DNA from: Heterodontus francisci
Taxonomy: Eukaryota
Direction: 5' to 3'
Length of the DNA: 64,000 nucleotides
Assembly (NCBI RefSeq): GCF_036365525.1
Contig: NC_090373.1
Location: forward strand, 56,201,339 to 56,265,338
Shown here: positions 57,915 through 64,000 of the stretch, piece by piece
Numbering within the stretch: the first letter of the stretch is position 1
How the letters are laid out: each line of letters starts with the position of its first letter
Translations under genes and position numbers: made by a program
The notes under the pieces: generated by a model
What the model saw: the letters and a program-made list of their open reading frames with translations, nothing else
Told to the model about the DNA's origin: nothing
Databases searched by the model: none

Positions 57915-60900
57915 CACAAGAACACAAGAAATAGGAGCAGGAGTAGACCAGATGGCCCATCAAACCTGCTCCGCCATTCAAAACAATCATGGCTGATCTT
58001 AGGATTCAACTCCACTTTCCCCCACGCTCGCCAGATCCCTCGATTCCCCGAGAGAGCAAAAATCTGTCTATCTCAGCCTTAAATATATTCAACGATGGAG
58101 CATCCACAACCCTCAGGATAGAGAATTCCAAAGATTCACAATCCTTTGAGTGAAGTAATTTCTTCTCATTACAGTCCTAAATGATCGGCCCCTTATCCTG
58201 AGACTGTACCCCTGTGATTTAGATTCCCCGACCAGTGGAACTATTCTCTCAGTTTTTACCCTATCCAGCCCCTTCAGAATCTTGTATGTTTCAATGAGAT
58301 CACCTCCCATTCTTCTAAACTCCAGAGGATATAGGCCCAATTTACTTAGTCTCTCATCAGAGGACAATCCCCTCATCTCAGGGACCAATCTAGTGAACCT
58401 TTGCTCCTCTGCCACCAATGCAAATTCATCCTTTCTTAAACGTGGAGACCAAAACTGCACACAGTATTCCAGATGTGGTCTCACCAAAGCCTTGTACAAT
58501 TGTAGCAATACATCCTTATTCCTGTACTCCAATCCCCTTGCAATAAAGGCCAACATGCTATTTGCCTTCCTAATTGCTTGCTGTACCTGCATGTTAGCTT
58601 TCTGCGTTCTTTGTACAAACGCACCCAGTCTCTTTGAACATGGACACTTACAAGTTTTACACCTTTTAAAACAAAAATCTGTTTTTCTATTCTTACGACC
58701 AAAATGAACAACGTCCTACTTCCCCACATTGTACTCCATCTGCCATCTTGTTGCCCGCTCACTTAATCTGTCTGTATCTTTTTGCAGCCTCAGTATCCTC
58801 CTCACCAGTTTATATTTCCACCTATCTTTGTATCATCAGCAAACTTAGATACATTACTCCCTGTCTCTTCATCTAAGTCATTAATATAGATTGTAAATAG
58901 CTGAGGCCCCAACACTGATCCTTGCAACACTCCACTATTTACTGCTTGCCAACTTGAAAATGCCCTGTTTATGCCCACTCGTTGTTTCCTGTCTGCTAAC
59001 CAATCTATCCATGCCAATATATTACCCCCCAACTCCCTGAGCCTTTATCTTGCCAATTAACCTTTTGTGTAGCACTTTATCGAATGCCTTTTGGTAATAC
59101 AGGTATACTACACCTACTGGTTCCCCTTTATCTACCTAACTAGTTACATCCTCAAAAAACTAATAAATTTGTCAGACTGGAATTCCTTTAGGAAAACCCT
59201 ATCAACTTGTTCTAATCATACTGTGCTTTCCTAAGTGCATTATTAAGACTTCCTCAATAAGAGATTCCAGCATTATTCCAATGACTAACTGGTCTGTAGT
59301 TCACTTTTCTCTCTCTCCTTCCTTTCTTGAAAAGCGGTGTAACATTTGCCAAATCCCAATTTGATAGGACCATTCCCGAATCTAAGGAATTTTTTTTTTG
59401 CAAACATTGTAAGCTTTTTTAATCTAATACTATCCTTAACTTCCTGAATGAGCCACGGATGGGTCATTCTGGCTGAGTTTTTGATTTTCAAAGGAATGTA
59501 TTCTTGTTGAACATTTTGAATTGTTTCCCAGTGGATCTTTTACTATGACATTACTTATTAACCCTGCTTCATTACACAGTACTAGATCCGAGATAGCTTT
59601 ATCCCTAGTTGGCTCCACAATGTATTGCTCCAAGAAACAGTTCTGAAAACATTCTACAGACTCATCTTCTAGACTACTCCTGCCAGTTTAATGGTCCCAG
59701 TCTATATGAAGATTAAACTCCCCCACAGTTATTACATTGTCTTTGTTACAAGCTCCAATAATTTCTTGTTTAATGTTCTGTCCAATGGTATAACTATTGT
59801 TAGGGGGCCTATAAACTACTCACACCAATGTTTTCTGATGCTCACTATTCCTAATTTCCACCCATACTGACTCTACTCCATGATCTTCTGAGGCCAGATC
59901 CTTCCTCACATCATCCTTTACCACCAGTGCTACCCCTCCTCCTTTTGCTATTCTGTCTGTCTTTCTGAAATATTGTGTATCCTGGAATATTTATTTCCCA
60001 ACCTTGATCACCATGTAATCATGTCTCTGTGATGGCAATTGGATCTAAATCATGTACCTCTATTTGTGCCACTAGTTCATCTATCTTATTGCAGATGCTT
60101 CCTGCATTCAAATATAGAATCTTTAATTTCACTTTTTTGCTTCTATTCCCTTCGATGACCTTATTTGCTGATGTACAATTTCTGTTAAACTCTCTTTCCC
60201 TTCCTGTCCCATTCTGTTTGTCTTTACCCACAATGCTATACTGTTCTGATACCTTGGCCATTCTCTTTGGATTTCTAAATCTCACCTCTCCCGAACCCTC
60301 CCCCCACTCTGTTAGTTCACAACCTCTAGTCTTATCTGCTGGCTCACTCTTGAGTTTTTATACACTGTCCCTTCCATTCACACCCTGATTATCATTATCC
60401 TTATTACTATATTGCTCTCTTGTTTTCTCCTTTCTCTTTAAATTATCACACCTTCCCTCACTTGATCGCTCGACCCCACTATTTAGTTAAAAGCCCTTTC
60501 GACTGCCCTAGTTATACGACTTGCCAGAACACTGGTCCCAGCACGGTTCAGGTGTAGACCGTCCCAATGGTACAGCTCCCACTTTGCCCAGTACTGGTGC
60601 TAATGCCCCAATGAATCGAAAGCCATTTCTGCCACACCGATCTTTGAGCCACGCATTTAACTGTTTAATCTCATTTACACTATGACAATTTTCTCGTGGC
60701 TCAGGTAATAACCCAGAGATTATTACTTTTGAGGTTCTGCTTTTTAATTTAGCTGCTCATACTCCCTATGCAGAACCTCTTTCCTAGTCCTATCTATGTC
60801 ATTGGTACCCACATGGATCACAACAACTGGATCCTCCCCCTCTCATTGCATGTTTCTCTCCAGCCCTGAGCATATGTCTCGAACCTTTGCACCAGGCAGG

Positions 60901-61125
60901 CAACACAGCCTTCTGGACTCTCTCTCTCTCTCTTGGCTGCATAGTGTCAATCCCCCTCACTATACTGTCCCTTACTACCACTACATTCCTATTTACTCCT
61001 CCCACTTGAATGGCTTCCTGTACCACAGTGGCATGGTCAGGGTGCTCATCCATACAAGCAGAAAGAACTTCAAACCTGTTGGCCAATTGCAAGGGCTGAG
61101 CCTGCTCCACTCTCGCCCCTGCCCT
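57915..61125 (-). mobile_element. Long decayed CR1 LINE with esterase-type ORF1 remnant
   Basis: ORF1 LANRFEVL...VVVVRDSIVRGID; EN LYLNAGSICNK..IAITET, EPTRDKAISDLVL; RT GSVLGPQLFTIYINDL, KFADDTK; CAAGAA tail. Confidence 0.92.
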
Positions 61126-61211
61126 CTCTCTGCCCCCTGCGCCCTCGTTCACAGTCTCTCCCCGCCCCCCTGCAGTATTTTGCTTTGAAATGAAAAAGTA
61201 GATGCTTCCAG

Positions 61212-61997
61212 TGTTATGATCCCTGTGGAGACCACTAAGAACCTAAAATAATCGAATCCACTGACTGACCCCAATTTAGGAAACAAAAACCAAACTTACA
61301 AGATTTCACTTTTATAAATTTTACTTTCACACTCAAACCAAAACCAACATAAATTACATGCGCTAACAGTTAAACCACGATTGATCTATCTACATCTTAA
61401 CGGTTGTACATTAACTATCTAATGCTACAAGGATGCATCTCTCCTTTAGCAGTCCTGTCAGCCGAATGATGCCGAACCTTCACAAAGTCCTTCAGGTCTT
61501 TGAGCTTTTCAGCTGGATCTCCAGATTCCGGTCTGCCAAGTTGCAAACGCCACTCGATGGCAGTTTCTCTGCAATCCAACCCCACCGATACTATCACCAC
61601 CAAAACTGTACCCTGTTCCGTAACCTCCGTGGTTTTGCTCACAACAGTCCTGGTGGTGTAGCTTCACTGGTTGCCTTACCCAATTCTTTATGGCCTCAAA
61701 CAACCATAGCAGCTTGTACTTTCCAAAGGTCAGCTTCCAGAAAACAGGTTCTAATTCAAATAACTTGTCTTTTTAAACAACAACTACCACCTTTTCAGCT
61801 GGATTCACCCTCTCTTTCCCCCGCCTGCCGGAGTTGTCTTGTAAGACTGAAACCTAAGCTCCAGTCACATGTCTCTGGTTTAAAAAAAAAACTTTTGTTA
61901 ACCTGGTTCTGACCGCCTAGAACCTTGAAGCCTTTCGTTTCATTTTCAAACCAGGGTCCATCTCGAAAAACGACGCTTTGAATCCATAGTTACAGCA
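61212..61997. mobile_element. Possible solo LTR
   Basis: Begins TGTTATGATCCCTGTG, like 32237 TGTTATGATCCTGTG; ends near GTTACAGCA; TSD unclear. Confidence 0.4.
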
Positions 61998-62069
61998 CCC
62001 AGCAGGTCAGCTGCACACAATACTGTCCGCGAGGACTCCATCACACCAGTATTTAAGGTAATGTTGGTA

Positions 62070-62602
62070 TTTTTATTATTCATTCATGGGATGTGAGCAT
62101 CGCTGGCTCGGACAGCATTTATTGCCCATCCCCAATTGCCCTTGAGAAGGTGGTGGTGAACTGCCTTTTTGAACCACTGCAGTCCATATGGGGTAGGTAC
62201 ACCCACAGTGCTCTTAGGAAGGGAGTTTCAGGATTTTGACCCAGCGACACTGAAGGAGCGACAATGTAGTTCCAAGGCAGGAATGCGTGTCTCTTGGAGG
62301 GGAACTTGCAGATGGTAGTGTTCCCATGCAACTGCTGCCCTTGTCCTTCTAGGTGGTAGAGCTCGTGGGTTTGAAAGGTGCTGTCGAAGGAGCCTTGGTG
62401 CATTGCTGCAGTGCATCTTGTAGATGGTACACACTGCTGTGTCGGTGATGGAGGGAGTGAATGTTTGTGAATGGTGTGCCAATCAAGTGGGCTGCTTTGT
62501 CCTGGATGGTGTTGAGCTTCTTGAGTGTTGTTGGAGCTGCACCCATCCAGGTAAGTGGAGAGTATTCCATCACACTCCTGACTTGTGCCTTGTAGATGGT
62601 GG
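62070..62602 (-). mobile_element. CR1/L2-group LINE 3' fragment
   Basis: STIYKAQVRSVMEYSPLTWMGAAPTTLKKL; family tail. Confidence 0.88.
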
Positions 62603-62619
62603 ATGACATGGAAGAGATA

Positions 62620-62855
62620 TAGGGCAGAGAGCAGAGAAACAGGGTTGTGAGGCTGTGGAATACATTACTAGACTTGATAATTGAACCGGAGACCATGTCA
62701 ACATTTAATAGGCTAGATAAGTGGTTGAAAGAAAAATAAACAAAGGGATATGGGAACAGGGCTGGCATTTGGAATTAAGACTACTTATGTGGAGGATAAA
62801 CACCAACATGGATTGGCTGGGCCAATGGCCTCTTTCCATGTTGTAATTTCTATAT
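62620..62855 (+). mobile_element. Old CR1 3' fragment
   Basis: AGGGTTGTGAGGCTGTGGAAT...GCTGGGCCAATGGCCTCTTTCC. Confidence 0.6.
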
Positions 62856-63980
62856 AACTACTACATTTCCACTCAACTGAAAGTATAATAAAGCTTTCAA
62901 ATCCTAAAATCTTAAGTTGATGTTTGTTAATTGCCACAGCTATAATCCATATTTGTGAACTGCTTTTGAACATTTGGTTTAAAGGGCATTCAATATATAA
63001 TTGTGGACCAGTTCAATACTTTTTATGATAATGTGGCAATAGAAAATTCATTCATAAGAACTCTTTCCAGTATATCGACGATTCAGCCTTTCCCACACAG
63101 AGTAATGGACCTGCAGAGTAAATTCCCAACAACTGCAATTAATACTGTGGTGATTCATTCCTTTGCAAAAGTTTGGATGAGTATTTGCTTAAGTGCTGGG
63201 TTAAAGTACAGACAGATGATCAGATACTGCAATATTGGCATACACTTGTTCCTGTACTGCTGGCGCTGATTGGCAATCTCATTCAGAGATGTGCCATCTG
63301 TGAAAAGCAATGTCCAGGGTTAAAGAATGGAGATCAATAGCTCGACATGCTAGCATTTTGCTTGATTATCTTTGGGAAAAATTTTGTAATATGTTCTTGA
63401 AAGACATTGAGTAAGTGGGGTAGAAACTAAGATAGTGAAGATCGTACATGATTGTCAGAGAAAAGGGTGGGCTTGGTGGGCTGAATGGCCCTTTCTTCCC
63501 TAAGATGTTTTCTTATATACGTATTTCTCATGCAGCAGTGTTGGAACAGTTCCTTTGAATAATTAAACGGTGTATCAAAGGCAGTGTGAATTGGATCAGC
63601 CTGTGGGCCTCATGCTGTGCACCTCTGTCATATATTGGAAGGAAGTTATTCAGTAGTGGAATAAGAGGTAATGCTTCTCTTGAAAGTGTTTTTAACCTTG
63701 ACTGGGAAAAGCAGCTCTCTTCATCCAACGTAATCCACTTTAGATCTTTAGCCAGTTTACTGTGTAACAGTATGATGACTTGTTAAATTTAAATCCTCTG
63801 CATTCTTTCTGGTCTTTGCAGCTTTCAAAATATAAACATTTTTGATCACATAGCATCTGTAGAATTGACTTTATGTTCAATTCTAATAAAACTGACAGAA
63901 TTCATATGGACAATCTACTTCCCAGTATTCAGAATGGAAAAAATAAACATCCCTTTACTTTTCATTTTGTTGCAGACAAT

Positions 63981-64000
63981 GGGCTGGATTTTGTTGAGCT
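63981..64000. mobile_element. Start of another GGGCTGGATTTT-TIR MITE (cut by window edge)
   Basis: GGGCTGGATTTT is the exact reverse complement of the 17130-17141 TIR. Confidence 0.45.

Noticed and set aside
54296-61125. Active autonomous retrotransposons
   Set aside because: All LINE ORFs carry frameshifts, stops, truncations or damaged RT motifs (e.g. FADN)
41933-64000. RNF144A coding exons
   Set aside because: No RING-IBR-RING or WDLALDPLVSCKLC-type sequence seen; gene identity rests on synteny only

Overview
Eukaryotic, repeat-rich vertebrate DNA. The V-SINE, Deu-SINE, CR1, L2, RTE and Penelope families point to a cartilaginous fish, probably a shark (inference). The window holds the interferon-stimulated CMPK2-RSAD2 (viperin) locus. 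CMPK2 exons 1-3 lie on the minus strand (14047->6927); exons 4-5 are not visible and presumably lie left of base 1. A complete 6-exon RSAD2 lies on the plus strand (22967-33062, 348 aa), head-to-head with CMPK2 about 8.9 kb away, and each gene has its own ISRE/IRF-site cluster. A CpG-rich promoter at ~40.5-41.1 kb probably starts the next gene (RNF144A by vertebrate synteny; no coding exon seen). Most of the rest is decayed mobile DNA. The most interesting non-genic signals are: Penelope-type elements carrying minimal hammerhead ribozyme motifs, including a palindromic insert with two opposed hammerheads in CMPK2 intron 3; a 68-bp-arm hairpin inserted next to the CMPK2 exon-1 donor; a LINE with a tRNA-like Pol III head plus its bipartite SINE derivative; an unexplained NF-Y/PBX promoter-like cluster at bases 1-230; and a duplicated ~53-nt stem-loop. 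Exon coordinates were read base by base; most repeat boundaries are approximate.
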